Part shown: positions 8,132-18,731 of the stretch, in pieces
How the letters are laid out: each line of letters opens with the position of its first letter
Position numbering within the stretch: the first letter of the stretch is position 1
Source of the DNA: an uncultured virus (IMG/VR IMGVR_UViG_2061766007_000671)
Taxonomy: Duplodnaviria; Heunggongvirae; Uroviricota; Caudoviricetes
Reading direction: 5' to 3' (one strand)
DNA length: 64,000 bases
Virus record (IMG/VR): IMGVR_UViG_2061766007_000671
Made by a program: the position numbers and the translations under genes
Notes under the pieces: generated by a model
What the model saw: only the letters and a program-made list of their open reading frames with translations
Told to the model about the DNA's origin: nothing
Database searches by the model: none

Positions 8132-8362
8132 ATGGTAGAGGGAGATTACGAACTCTATGGGGACGAAATCCCCAAGTACAACTTCACCGTCTTCGTTTAC
8201 CCGGACGGATGTAAATTCAACAACGCTGCCGTTGTCTGCCCAAAAGATAAGAGGTATGACGGCATCTGCGAAACGTGCGGATGGAATCCCAGAGTCGCAC
8301 GGCAGAGGACGCTGAAAATCGTAAAGGAGATGCAGGAGAAAGCCAATGCCGAATCAGATTGA
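8132..8362 (+). CDS. hypothetical Cys-rich protein
   Basis: ORF with RBS; CETCGWNP motif. Confidence 0.55.
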   Translation: MVEGDYELYGDEIPKYNFTVFVYPDGCKFNNAAVVCPKDKRYDGICETCGWNPRVARQRTLKIVKEMQEKANAESD

Positions 8363-9224
8363 GTTTCAGGTCACTACCGACCTCGCAACGGTAGCAAACA
8401 CCCGGATCGAAACCAACTTTGAGGCTGTCCGCGACTGGCTGACCGAAGAGCTTGCACCCTACGCAAGCATGGTGGTCACGGAAGATTCCATTGCGGAAGC
8501 CAAAAAGACCCGCGCATCTATCCGCAAGGTTGGCGACAGCATCGACGCCCAGCGGAAAGCTATTAAGAAAGAATGGATGCGCCCCTACGACGCCTACGAA
8601 GCCAAGTGCAAGGAACTGACAGGGATCGTAAACGGCGCGGTTTCCAACATCGACGGGCAAATTAAGGCGATGGAGAACGAGGTCAAGGAGCAGAAGCGAC
8701 AGCGCCTTTCCGATTTCTTCGATGACCACAGCTGCGATGTGGCAGACTTCATCACCTTCGATGACATCTTCGACTCCAAGTGGCTGAACGCCACCTTCTC
8801 TGAGATCGATGCGGCCAATAGCATCATGGAGCAGATTGAGAGCATCAAAGAAGGGCTTGAAACCATCCGCTCCATGAACAGCCCCTACGAGACGGCCATG
8901 CTCTCCGAGTACGGCAAAAGCCATAATCTCGCCAAGTCGATTGCAGAGGGCAAACGACTGGAAGCCATCCAAAAAGCCGAGGAAGAGCGCAAGGCGAGGG
9001 AAGCGGAGCAGGCGTTTGAGGAAGAGCCTGAGATGTATGCGCCGGAATCCTCTGCGCAGGAGAACCCTCACATTACTGCCACCTTCATCCGCCCTGTTGT
9101 GGCAGAAGAACCGCCCAAGCCAAAGCTGTACACCCTTCGCTTTGAGGTCACTGGCACTGCCGAAGCGTTTGGTGCTCTCAAGCGGTGCATGGTAGCCAAT
9201 AACATGGAATATACAAAACTTTAA
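8346..9224 (+). CDS. DUF1351 family protein
   Basis: I.TNFE....L...Y...VVTEDSI.EAKK.RA...K.....I...RK.IKK....PY; located between exonuclease and recombinase. Confidence 0.75.
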   Translation: MPNQIEFQVTTDLATVANTRIETNFEAVRDWLTEELAPYASMVVTEDSIAEAKKTRASIRKVGDSIDAQRKAIKKEWMRPYDAYEAKCKELTGIVNGAVSNIDGQIKAMENEVKEQKRQRLSDFFDDHSCDVADFITFDDIFDSKWLNATFSEIDAANSIMEQIESIKEGLETIRSMNSPYETAMLSEYGKSHNLAKSIAEGKRLEAIQKAEEERKAREAEQAFEEEPEMYAPESSAQENPHITATFIRPVVAEEPPKPKLYTLRFEVTGTAEAFGALKRCMVANNMEYTKL

Positions 9225-9235
9225 GGAGGACACCT

Positions 9236-10009
9236 ATGAAAGCATCTACCGCCACTCGTGGCACTGCTACCCGTCAGCCTGTGGTGAAACAGGCTCTGGC
9301 CCCGGTAGCCAAACAGGAGGACAAGCCCATCAAGTTCAACGTGGCTGGCAAGGACGTTGAACTGAGCATCGCCCTTACCCAAGCGTACTTCTGCCCGCAG
9401 GCTTCTCCCGCCGAAGCGTATGTGTTCAATTCGTGGTGCGCCCACAACGGACTCGATCCGTGGCGTCGGGAAGCCTACCTCGTCAAGTACGGCAACAATC
9501 CGGCGCAGATGCTCACCGCCAAGGACGCTTTCACCAAGAGAGCCGAGGCCAACCCCCGCTATCAGGGCAGTAAGGCTGGCGTGGTGGTCATCAACCGGGA
9601 CGGTCAGATCGAGAACCGGGTCGGAGAGATTGTCCTTGACGGAGAGGAACTGGTCGGTGGCTGGGCCGATGTCTATGTCAAGGACTATGTGACCCCCATC
9701 AGCGCCACCGTCAACTTCCGTGAGCGCTGCCAGTACAAGGACGGCAAGCCCCAGGCTAAGTGGGCATCCAGCCCGGGTCTTATGATCCGCAAGTGCGCCC
9801 TTGTCGCCGCTCTGCGTGAAGCATTCCCCAACGATGTCGGCGGGATGTATGTTCCCGATGAGATGGGATTTGCCGAGGATGAAACCGCCTCCTCATCCGT
9901 CCCCATTGAGCGCAACGATGTGCAGGATGTTGCCTACACCGACGTCGCCACGGGAGAAGTGGTTGAGCCGGACGATGTGGCTGACAGCTTCTTCGACCAG
10001 GAGGAGTAA
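9236..10009 (+). CDS. bet: RecT/Bet ssDNA-annealing recombinase
   Basis: C...GLDPW.REAYLVKYG, ELVGGWA.VY, W...PG.MIRKCALV.ALREAFP..GGMY..DEM. Confidence 0.9.
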   Translation: MKASTATRGTATRQPVVKQALAPVAKQEDKPIKFNVAGKDVELSIALTQAYFCPQASPAEAYVFNSWCAHNGLDPWRREAYLVKYGNNPAQMLTAKDAFTKRAEANPRYQGSKAGVVVINRDGQIENRVGEIVLDGEELVGGWADVYVKDYVTPISATVNFRERCQYKDGKPQAKWASSPGLMIRKCALVAALREAFPNDVGGMYVPDEMGFAEDETASSSVPIERNDVQDVAYTDVATGEVVEPDDVADSFFDQEE

Positions 10010-10012
10010 GCC

Positions 10013-10558
10013 ATGACGCCTATCGGTAAGAACGGTAGCTTCATCCTGTGGGGAGAAGTTACTTGGGATGCCAAAGTTTACGAGGCTCGTACTGGCAACA
10101 AGTTCACGAGCTTTAGGATGAAGTACAACCGGGGCCACAATGTAGATGGCGTAATGGTCAACGACACCATCGAAGTTACTTTTTGGGACAGCAAGTACAC
10201 CAAACTTGCTGACCTTGTCGGAGATCCAGACTTTGGTATCGCCAAAGGAGATATCGTCCTCGTGTGTGGCCAACTGGTTGAGGACACCTACCGCAAGGAA
10301 GGTGAAGACCCTAACACGCCGAAGTGGAAAATCAATGCCGATATTGTCATCGACATGACTTCCATCTTCCAAGTGGCACAGATGGTCGTCCATGGTGGTG
10401 GCACGGTTGAAGAGGAAGAGCCTACTCCTTCCCCCCACAACCCGAGGGAAAAGGAATCCCCCATTTCCAAACCTGCCAAGCCAAAGTTCAAGGGAACCGT
10501 CGAGAAGACTCCGTTCATGGAAGAAATTGAGGAGTCTGACGGTGAGCTTCCTTTCTAA
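10013..10558 (+). CDS. ssb: single-stranded DNA-binding protein
   Basis: OB-fold pattern (V.FW...A......KGD.V.V.G.L), acidic tail ending ELPF. Confidence 0.8.
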   Translation: MTPIGKNGSFILWGEVTWDAKVYEARTGNKFTSFRMKYNRGHNVDGVMVNDTIEVTFWDSKYTKLADLVGDPDFGIAKGDIVLVCGQLVEDTYRKEGEDPNTPKWKINADIVIDMTSIFQVAQMVVHGGGTVEEEEPTPSPHNPREKESPISKPAKPKFKGTVEKTPFMEEIEESDGELPF

Positions 10559-10663
10559 ACTTTCAATCCGCGCAAGCGGTTGATTGAGGCTTTGGGGGCG
10601 CTGTCAAAGACCCCGCCCCCACTCGACCTCTTACCTTGAAAATCTAATACCGAGGTCTTATAG

Positions 10664-11740
10664 ATGCCGAATAGAATACTAAAAGACAGCATTAACGAGA
10701 GCGAGGGCTTGTCAAACTGCTCTTTCTTTGCCATCGACCTTTATAAGCGCCTTATAAGTTATGCAGATGACTATGGACGCTTTAATGCCGACACCATCAT
10801 CATGAGAGCCAGATTGTATCCTCGTGAACTTGAAGAAGTTAGTGAAGAGGATATTGTCAATGCACTCACAGAATTAGCTGGGGTTGGAAAGGTTCAGTTT
10901 TATACTCCACAGGTATTTAACCAATTTGGAAAGAAAGGTATCTACGGTGCGTTTCCAAACTGGGCAGAGCATCAGCGGATTAGAGATTCTAAGAATAAAT
11001 GTCCTGAACCCGATGATACATCTATAAACGACTGGTATTTGCGAAGGTTTGTACCGATGGATATGAAGGTGCGGCTTTTGGATCGTGACAACTTCAAATG
11101 TCAGATCTGCGGAAAGTTCGTAACCTCATGCCGCGATGCCAAGCGATTCGCAAAACTCGGAAGTGGGTTGTATCACATAGACCACATAGTTCCTGTCTTG
11201 CAGGGTGGTAGGGCAACAATGGAGAATCTCCGGGTCACTTGCCCCGAATGCAATCTTAAAAGACACAAAGCGTTTACTTTCAAGGAAATTCTTGAAGAAA
11301 CGCTTAATTCAGCAGAGTGTGAAATTTCGCCGCAAGTTGCGGCGANNNNNNNNNNNNNNNNNNNNNNNNNNNNNNNNNNNNNNNNNNNNNNNNNNNNNNN
11401 NNNNNNNNNNNNNNNNNNNNNNNNNNNNNNNNNNNTCAATGATGGGTCTGAATACGGAGTTGCGCAGACCGACATTGACGAATGGCAGGACACATTTCCC
11501 AACGTGGATGTCATGCAACAGCTCAAAGCCATGAAGCTGTGGCTTAGAGACAACCCTAAAAAGCGAAAGACGCGGAACGGCATCAGACGCTTTGTGACCA
11601 ACTGGCTTGACAGGGAACAAAACCGTGGAGGAACGCGGCAGACGCAGGAACCGGTGCGACAGACGCCACAATCATCCGCACCGCCGGACGCTTCAAAACG
11701 AGAGAAAGGGCCGACATTCTTGCCGGACTGGGCTGACTGA
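10664..11740 (+). CDS. phage replication initiator with internal HNH domain
   Basis: MPNRILK.SI..S...ADDYGRF N-terminus; CQICG...HIDHIVP..GG....NL...CPECN; C-terminus W...NPKKRKT..GIRRFV.NWL.REQ; directly upstream of dnaB. Confidence 0.8.
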   Translation: MPNRILKDSINESEGLSNCSFFAIDLYKRLISYADDYGRFNADTIIMRARLYPRELEEVSEEDIVNALTELAGVGKVQFYTPQVFNQFGKKGIYGAFPNWAEHQRIRDSKNKCPEPDDTSINDWYLRRFVPMDMKVRLLDRDNFKCQICGKFVTSCRDAKRFAKLGSGLYHIDHIVPVLQGGRATMENLRVTCPECNLKRHKAFTFKEILEETLNSAECEISPQVAAXXXXXXXXXXXXXXXXXXXXXXXXXXXXXXXNDGSEYGVAQTDIDEWQDTFPNVDVMQQLKAMKLWLRDNPKKRKTRNGIRRFVTNWLDREQNRGGTRQTQEPVRQTPQSSAPPDASKREKGPTFLPDWAD

Positions 11741-13056
11741 TGGAAGAAGCTTTAATGAATCCGACAGCGTGGTCAATGGCAGAGGAATCGGTCGCATCCT
11801 GTATTCTTGTCGCCCCAGAGGAGAGTCTTCCTCTGGTGCGGCAGATAGTGTCGGCAGACGACTTCGCCATTGAGAGCACAAGGAATGTGNNNNNNNNNNN
11901 NNNNNNNNNNNNNNNNNNNNNNNNNNNNNNNNNNNNNNNNNNNNNNNNNNNNNNNNNNNACTCCCATTATCAGAAAACTGGGTAAGGGAAACCATGAAAG
12001 CCTACCTGACTACGGCAAATGTGGAGTTCAATTCCAGAATCGTCCGCGAGTCTGCGGTCAACAGAAGGGCAACAGACATCGGATTCGCACTGGAGCACGG
12101 CGATGTGACACCGCAGGAAGCGGTTGACCAGCTACAGAGCGTTTTGTCCATGCGGGTATCAAACCTATCCTCGCCGAAAGAAGACGCCCAGGCGTTCTTC
12201 AACTACATCAACGATGTGGCGGCGGGCAACACGAAACCGTTCCTGTCCACTGGGCTTGAGAACCTTGACGATATCCTCGGCGGTGGACTGGTGAGCGAGG
12301 GGCTTATCACATTGGCGGCTCGTCCCGGNNNNNNNNNNNNNNNNNNNNNNNNNNNNNNNNNNNNNNNNNNNNNNNNNNNNNNNNAAGCCTTGAGATGAGC
12401 AAGGAACAGCTTTGGGCCAGACGGGTGGCGAGGAAGAGCGGTGTTTCCTACTCCAAGCTGATGGGCGGGACATTTGACGCCGACAGCAGTGAGGAATGGA
12501 AGCGCATCAACGCAGCGATAGGCCAATTGTACGATAGGGAGCTGATGATAAGTTCCGACAACGCCAAGATGTCTGACATAGAACGCCATGTCCGTCAGGC
12601 GGGTCATCTTGACCTTATCGTGATCGACCACCTTGGGCTTATCATCCCGGACAAGGTGACGGACAGTTTGTATCTGCCCACTACGATGGCGGTACACGCA
12701 CTGAAGCGGCTTGCGAAAGCGACCGGGACGCCGATCCTGCTCCTTTGCCAGTTGAACCGGGCGAATATGCAGAGGGGAGATAAGAGAGCAAACCTCGCCG
12801 ACCTACGGAACAGCGGTGCGATTGAGGAAGACTCCGATGCTGTCATCTTCTTGCACCGGGAAGCGTACTACGCTCCGCCGGAAGAACAGCCGAAGCCGTG
12901 GGAAACGCANNNNNNNNNNNNNNNNNNNNNNNNNNNNNNNNNNNNNNNNNNNNNNNGTTCATGGACTTTGTGGGCATGACCGCAAATGTAAGACCGCAGG
13001 TTACGCGGAAACAGTTTGAAGAAGTAGACGATGATACGCCGTGGGGAGGGCGATGA
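11740..13056 (+). CDS. dnaB: DnaB-like replicative helicase (three gaps)
   Basis: STG...LD.ILGGGL....LITLAARP, SLEMS, IVIDHLGL, LCQLNR, DLRNSGAIEEDSD. Confidence 0.9.
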
Positions 13057-13262
13057 AATGATTGCAGGAATTATCTGCTTTGCGGCAGGGATGTTCGCCG
13101 GAGTCGGNNNNNNNNNNNNNNNNNNNNNNNNNNNNNNNNNNNNNNNCCAAACTTGAGAAAATGCGGAGGGAAAAGAAATGACCACTACCATGTGGATACA
13201 CTTCTTGGGGACGTTCATCATCCTTGGTGGGCTTGTCCTCTGGCACGAATGGGGGAAAGACC

Positions 13263-13481
13263 ATGAATAAGATGAAACAGACAGAAAAAGTCCTTGAGTA
13301 CATCGAGCGCTATGGGAGCATCGACGCATGGAGGGCCATGAACGAGCTGGGCATCATGCGTCTGGCATCCAGAATCGCCGACCTTAAAGCGGACGGCGTT
13401 CCCATCGTCAAGGTGATGAAATCCAAGCGCGGAGAGGACGGCACGGTAACGTGCTGGGCGGAGTACAGCATCGCATCATGA
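13263..13481 (+). CDS. small winged-HTH DNA-binding protein
   Basis: Q...VL.Y....GSI....A...LGIMRLASRI.DLK..G. Confidence 0.7.
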   Translation: MNKMKQTEKVLEYIERYGSIDAWRAMNELGIMRLASRIADLKADGVPIVKVMKSKRGEDGTVTCWAEYSIAS

Positions 13482-13966
13482 ACTTCAAGGACATTTCAGA
13501 AATGCCGGAGGGGATGCGCCGTCTGTACGAACAGCAGGTTGGGAAGAAACTCCGGGAGACGGAAGCCCAAAAGCGGCTTGCGGAATTAACGCAGGCCGCA
13601 GAGGGTCAGCCGAAGAGCAAGTACCATGCCAAGCCAACTGACAGAACTCTGTTCAATGGCGCAGTTATTCGATTTGACTCCAAAAAAGAAGCTGCGTATT
13701 ACGATCAATTATGCGTCCACTGGAAACTCGGACTGGTCAAGGATATACGGCTTCAAGTCCAGTTCCTTCTTAAGCCCGCCTACACCGATGGGCTGACCGG
13801 GGAGAGATACCGCGCAATCAGCTACCTCGCAGACTTTACCTTCTATCGTCTTGAGGATGGAGAGTGGAAGTACCACATCGTTGATGTCAAAGGCAGGAAG
13901 ACTGCGGAATATATACTCAAGAAAAAAATCATGGCCGAACAAGGCCATTACGTTGAGGAAGTGTGA
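13478..13966 (+). CDS. DUF1064 family endonuclease (resolvase-like)
   Basis: SKYHA, FDSKKEA.YY, LQVQF.L, Y.ADF.Y, DVKG..T..Y.LKKK. Confidence 0.85.
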   Translation: MNFKDISEMPEGMRRLYEQQVGKKLRETEAQKRLAELTQAAEGQPKSKYHAKPTDRTLFNGAVIRFDSKKEAAYYDQLCVHWKLGLVKDIRLQVQFLLKPAYTDGLTGERYRAISYLADFTFYRLEDGEWKYHIVDVKGRKTAEYILKKKIMAEQGHYVEEV

Positions 13967-14382
13967 AAATGAAAGTGATGCTCGACGAAGGGGCATTCAT
14001 TCCGACCCGCGCACATGATACGGATGCCGGGTTGGATCTAATGGCAAAGGAACGTGTGAAAATCTGGCCGGGGATGTCCGCTTGCATCGACACCGGGGTA
14101 CACGTCGAACTGCCCCACGGATACTACGGCAAGATTGAAAGCAAGAGTGGCCTGAACGTGAAACACAACATCGTTTCCTGCGGTGGGGTGATTGACGAGG
14201 GCTACACCGGGAGCGTTGTCGTGAAGCTTTACAACCTCGGAGACAAAGCTTATGTGTTTAATCCGGGAGATAGGGTGGCTCAGTTGGTCATCCAACCGTA
14301 CATAGCCCCGGAGCTTGAAGTCACAGAGTGCCTTTCCGAAACCGACAGAGGGAATAACGGCTTCGGAAGCAGCGGAAAGTAA
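13963..14382 (+). CDS. dut: dUTPase (trimeric)
   Basis: DAGLDL, KSGL, GVIDEGYTG, GDRVAQLVI, RGNNGFGSSG. Confidence 0.95.
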   Translation: MKMKVMLDEGAFIPTRAHDTDAGLDLMAKERVKIWPGMSACIDTGVHVELPHGYYGKIESKSGLNVKHNIVSCGGVIDEGYTGSVVVKLYNLGDKAYVFNPGDRVAQLVIQPYIAPELEVTECLSETDRGNNGFGSSGK

Positions 14383-14403
14383 AAAAGAAAAGGGAGAAAC
14401 GCT

Positions 14404-14745
14404 ATGAAAAAGAACCTTTGGATGATCCTATTCGCATTCCTGTTTGGTCAGACGGTACAGCTTGTGACCAACGCCCTCGCCCGCTACCTGTATGTCAGCG
14501 ATCCTGTCATGCTGTGCGTAACCATCGCCATCGTTACGGTGGCACTGGTAGTGATGACGGCAGTGTTCACGCTCATGGATACGCCAAATGATAAGGCGGA
14601 ACACACATCCGCCCGCCCAGGACGGCNNNNNNNNNNNNNNNNNNNNNNNNNNNNNNNNNNGAATGGGATGAAGCCGAATCTTGCAGACATCCCGCCGGAA
14701 GATATCGACAAAATCGACATCAACCTGTTTGAAGACGAAAAATAA
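14404..14745 (+). CDS. hypothetical membrane protein (two TM segments)
   Basis: Two hydrophobic stretches; GGGAG RBS. Confidence 0.55.
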   Translation: MKKNLWMILFAFLFGQTVQLVTNALARYLYVSDPVMLCVTIAIVTVALVVMTAVFTLMDTPNDKAEHTSARPGRXXXXXXXXXXXXNGMKPNLADIPPEDIDKIDINLFEDEK

Positions 14746-14767
14746 GAAAACTTAACAAACAAAACGC

Positions 14768-14797
14768 AAGCGCCGGAGCAGTCCGGCGCTTTTTCTG
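14768..14797 (+). terminator. rho-independent terminator ending the replication module
   Basis: AAGCGCCGGA-GCAG-TCCGGCGCTT followed by a T-rich tail. Confidence 0.8.
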
Positions 14798-14820
14798 TTG
14801 CAAAAATTGTGGATTGTTCA

Positions 14821-14849
14821 TTGACAAACACAACATATTGTGGTATTAG
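14821..14849 (+). promoter_or_regulatory. sigmaA-type promoter for the packaging/late operon
   Basis: TTGACA-N17-TATTAG with extended TG; CACAA...TTGTG inverted repeat in the spacer. Confidence 0.6.
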
Positions 14850-14891
14850 CAACTGTGTATAGACTTCATTTGCGGCGAGAAAGGACTTTGA

Positions 14892-15903
14892 ATGGACGAG
14901 AACACGAAAAACGCACGTCATTGTTGGCATTGCAGACGGGAGTTGACCGATAGGAACTCTTGGATGCCGACAGACGGGTTCGACCGTGGCGCTCCGACAT
15001 TCTACTGCGTATCCTGCCAGAATCAGTTTTATCTGCAACTGGCAAAAGTGGTTGGCTCCGATCTCGCCTATTTTTATTGCTGTGTCAAGTTTGATGTCCC
15101 TTATGTACCGAGGGCGCTAAAAGCTTCCTACAAGTACAAGAGAGAGTACGGCCCATGGGGTGGATATATTACAGCGCTCCGCGCCGCCCACTGGCACAAC
15201 AAGAAAGACCGTTGGTGTGGCTTCGCAGATGGGAGCATTGAAATCAAGAAAGCGTTTGCTGAACTGAAAGAACTCGGCGCTGAGTCCCCGGAAGAACTCC
15301 GAGAAACCCGCGAGAGGGACAAGGAGTACAACAAAGAGTTCTGGGGTGAAAGCTACGGCGCTGACAGCGAACCGTATTCCGAAGCGGACTACGATGCACT
15401 CAACCGCGTATATGATGCCATGACCGAGGGGCGTAGCGGAATCAGCACCCAAAGCCAGATCGCCATTCAGGACATCGCACGGTGGACGCTGGAACGCGAC
15501 AAGTTGATGGCGGCGAAANNNNNNNNNNNNNNNNNNNNNNNNNNNNNNNNNNNNGATCGAGAAGCTGAAAGAGTCCGAACAGCTTCGGAAGAAAGACGAA
15601 CTGCCGCAGGATCGGGCGAGGCTCGATGACATCGTAAAAGCCGTGGAACGCGCCGGTCTGAACATGATGGACTATGACGAGCTGACACGGCAGCTTNNNN
15701 NNNNNNNNNNNNNNNNNNNNNNNNNNNNNNNNNNNNNNNNNNCGGCGTTCAACGAAGGTGTGGCGGAAGTGGACAGGCTTCCCAACGAGTTTGCCATTGT
15801 GGACACGCTCGGCGAGTTTGCCCAGGAGCGAGACGATCAGGAAAAGCAGACATACAAGGACTTGGGAATCCAGCCGCTGCGCATGAAACCGGATGGAAAG
15901 TAA
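14892..15903 (+). CDS. probable terminase small subunit (N-terminal Zn finger; gaps)
   Basis: CxxC...CxxC, FWG..Y...DY..L...Y; first gene of the packaging module. Confidence 0.55.
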
Positions 15904-16550
15904 TTATTCTGTTTATCTTCACACGACTCCATCTGACAAAGTTTACGTTGGAATAACAAATCAACGCTCAAATCACAGATGGGGGAAAAATGGCAATAAC
16001 TACAAAAAACAAGTGTTTGGACTCGCAGTCAGAAAGTACGGATGGGATAACATCCGTCACGAGGTTCTTTTTGAAGGGCTTACGTTGGAAGAAGCCGAGG
16101 CGAAAGAAAAAGAACTGATTGCGAAGTATCATGCAAACAATCCTCAATTTGGATATAACTGCACGGACGGCGGCGGGGTTTGTCAATTCAATGACGATGC
16201 GAAAAAACGCATTAGCAATTCCTTGACCGGCAGAAAGCTGACCGAAGAACATAAAAAGAATATTGGGATTGGTGCAAAGGGACACCAAGTATCAGAAGAA
16301 ACACGAAGAAAAATAAGCGAAAACCGAAAAGGCAAATATCCAAGCGATGAAACAATAGTCCTCATTAAAGAGGCGCATCAGTGGCAAGCAAAGCGTGTAG
16401 TGAAGATGACAATGGACGGCGAAATCCTTGAAATTTACAACTCTGTTGGAGCTGCCGCAGAAGCNNNNNNNNNNNNNNNNNGCGAGTGTGCCAAGGCAAA
16501 CGTCAGTCAACAAACGGATTCCGTTGGGCGTTTTATGAGGGCGGTGATTA
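15893..16550 (+). CDS. GIY-YIG homing endonuclease with NUMOD3/NUMOD1-like repeats
   Basis: VYLH...KVYVGIT...RW...AVRKYGW, GYN.TDGG, SEETRRKISE, C-terminus CQGKRQSTNGFRWAF; AT-richer than flanks. Confidence 0.85.
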
Positions 16551-16557
16551 AGAAAGA

Positions 16558-18408
16558 ATGGCAGAGTCAAGCTATAGATACAGCAACGGTCACTACGTCC
16601 GCAAGTCCAATAGGGATGGCGTAAACTATGGCGAGTTTGCGACTGAGTGCTGGGCGTTACTCGTGTCATTCTTTTAGTTCCGCTTTTATCCCGACATCCT
16701 TGAGGACATTTGCGAGGCGGACAACAAAGAGTTTTCCAACAGCCTTGTCAACCGGGTCATGAAACGTGCAATGGCACGGTATCAGGAAACGTTCACGACT
16801 GGATGCCGTGGCCTTGGCAAGACCACCGTGGTGGTTTCCGACAAGTGCAACAAGGGAATCCTCTGGCCGGGAGAAATAACCGGGTACTACGCCCCAGTGG
16901 AGAAACAGGCAGCGCCGTTGGCATCAAAGGCGTTCGCCACCTATCAGCGGAACACGCCAATCCTGGCTGACCACTGGATAAAGAACAACGATGCGCAGAC
17001 TACCTTCAAGCTGTCCACGCCACTCGGCTCAAAGTTCATCATGAGCATCGACCGAGGCATAGACACCTCCGGCGTTATCGCAGAAGAGTGTGCGCAGGAA
17101 GATAAAAACCCATTCAACTTTGCGGATTTCAACCAGATCGTCTTGGGTACAAACCGTTTAAGCTACAAGGTTAACGGCCTTGACGATCCGACCCATATAG
17201 ACAGCCAAATCCACTACATTACATCTGCTACGAGAAAGGAAAACGAGGCATACCCCGTTTACACCAATCTGCGCAGGGCGATGAAGAACGGCGAAAGCGC
17301 TTTCGCCATGAGCGTTCCGTGGCAAGTCCCGGTACTGGCAAGGATGAAGTCTTTCTCCTACTACCAGATGCTCAAAAAGAAACTCACCTCCGAACAGTTT
17401 ATGCGTGAGTGTGAGTCAAAGTGGACTGGCTCTATTGAAAATCCCATCATTCGGGACGATGTTCTGATGGGGAGCCGCAAGCTGAAGGTGATGGAAGAGA
17501 AGCACTGCGGAGATCCCGACTGCTTCTACATCATCGGCTACGACGTATCGTCCCGTGACGTGCAGGGTAACGCCATGATAGGCATGGCGGTTATCAAATG
17601 CGAGAGGCAACACGCCTCCGCCNNNNNNNNNNNNNNNNNNNNNNNNNNNNNNNNNGTTGAAGAGCGCAAGCCCCCCAAAGGCGGACACATGGAACAGGCA
17701 TCCATCATCAAGCGCAGATGGCGGGACTACTGCATCCCAGAAGGACGACCGCCGTTCATCGTCATCGACGCTCGTTCCTACGGCTGGGCTGTGTGGGAAG
17801 ACCTGCACCTTGACTTGGGGGATGGGCTTCCGCCCATGTGCGCCATGGCCCCGGAGATGGAAATCCCGGAACTTGTGCAGGACGGCGCAATCCCTTGCGT
17901 GTATCCTCTGCAAGCCCAAGGGAACTCCGGCACAGACCCCAACAGCGTTATGCTGGATTACATCGAACGTGAGTTTGAAAACGGCAATCTGCTTCTTCTC
18001 ACGCCGAACCTGTACGATGGATTGCAGGCATACAAGCTGAAGCACGACATCAAACACGACCTGCGCGATCCTGAGATTCAAGCACCGTACTCAGCTACCA
18101 ACAAGCTGGCAAGGCAGATAACAAATCTGCAAAAGCGGTACGGCACGGTCGGATGGACGGAAGTCCAGATAAACAAGTACATCCAAAAGGATATGTGGTC
18201 TGCACTGCTGTACGCCTGCCGGATTGCACAGAGGCTGGAGAAATCCGAACTTTATGCACTCAACCGCAGAAAAAATGCGTGGGATGAGTTTGCGAAGAAG
18301 TACGGAAACACCACGGCGCAGGAAGCAGGGGCAATAGCCTATGAGAGAGGAAGCCGTGGCGGACGCAGAAACGGATTGCAACGGCTTGGGAGAATGGCAG
18401 TTAAATGA
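16558..18408 (+). CDS. terL: terminase large subunit; in-frame TAG at 16675-16677
   Basis: Walker A GCRGLGKT, Walker B VIAEE, nuclease motifs IIGYDVS, VIDAR, KDMWSA; the frame extends upstream to ATG 16558 across one TAG. Confidence 0.85.
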
Positions 18409-18731
18409 ACAAGCTTTGGGTCTGCCGTTCAACGGCTGAGAATATAGCGAGGGCGGAGAAGTACGAATACTTCAAAGCCAACGAGAAATACTGCCTTGTT
18501 ATCACGGACGATACGCCTGAGAAAATGGCGAAGGTCACGGCGGAAGCGGCCAAGTCCCTCACCATGCAGGACTGGACATGGATAAAGGCAGTCGGAGAGA
18601 GAATCAAGGCTGAACAGGAGTACGCTGAATTTCAGCGGCAACAGAAAGAGTTCCTTGTTCGCTTTGAGAATGAACTGAAAGGGAGAATGACCGATGGCGG
18701 AAGCCCCGATGGTGGAAGAAAAGAATACTGA
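18405..18731 (+). CDS. hypothetical protein between terL and portal
   Basis: ATGA overlap with terL. Confidence 0.65.
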   Translation: MNKLWVCRSTAENIARAEKYEYFKANEKYCLVITDDTPEKMAKVTAEAAKSLTMQDWTWIKAVGERIKAEQEYAEFQRQQKEFLVRFENELKGRMTDGGSPDGGRKEY

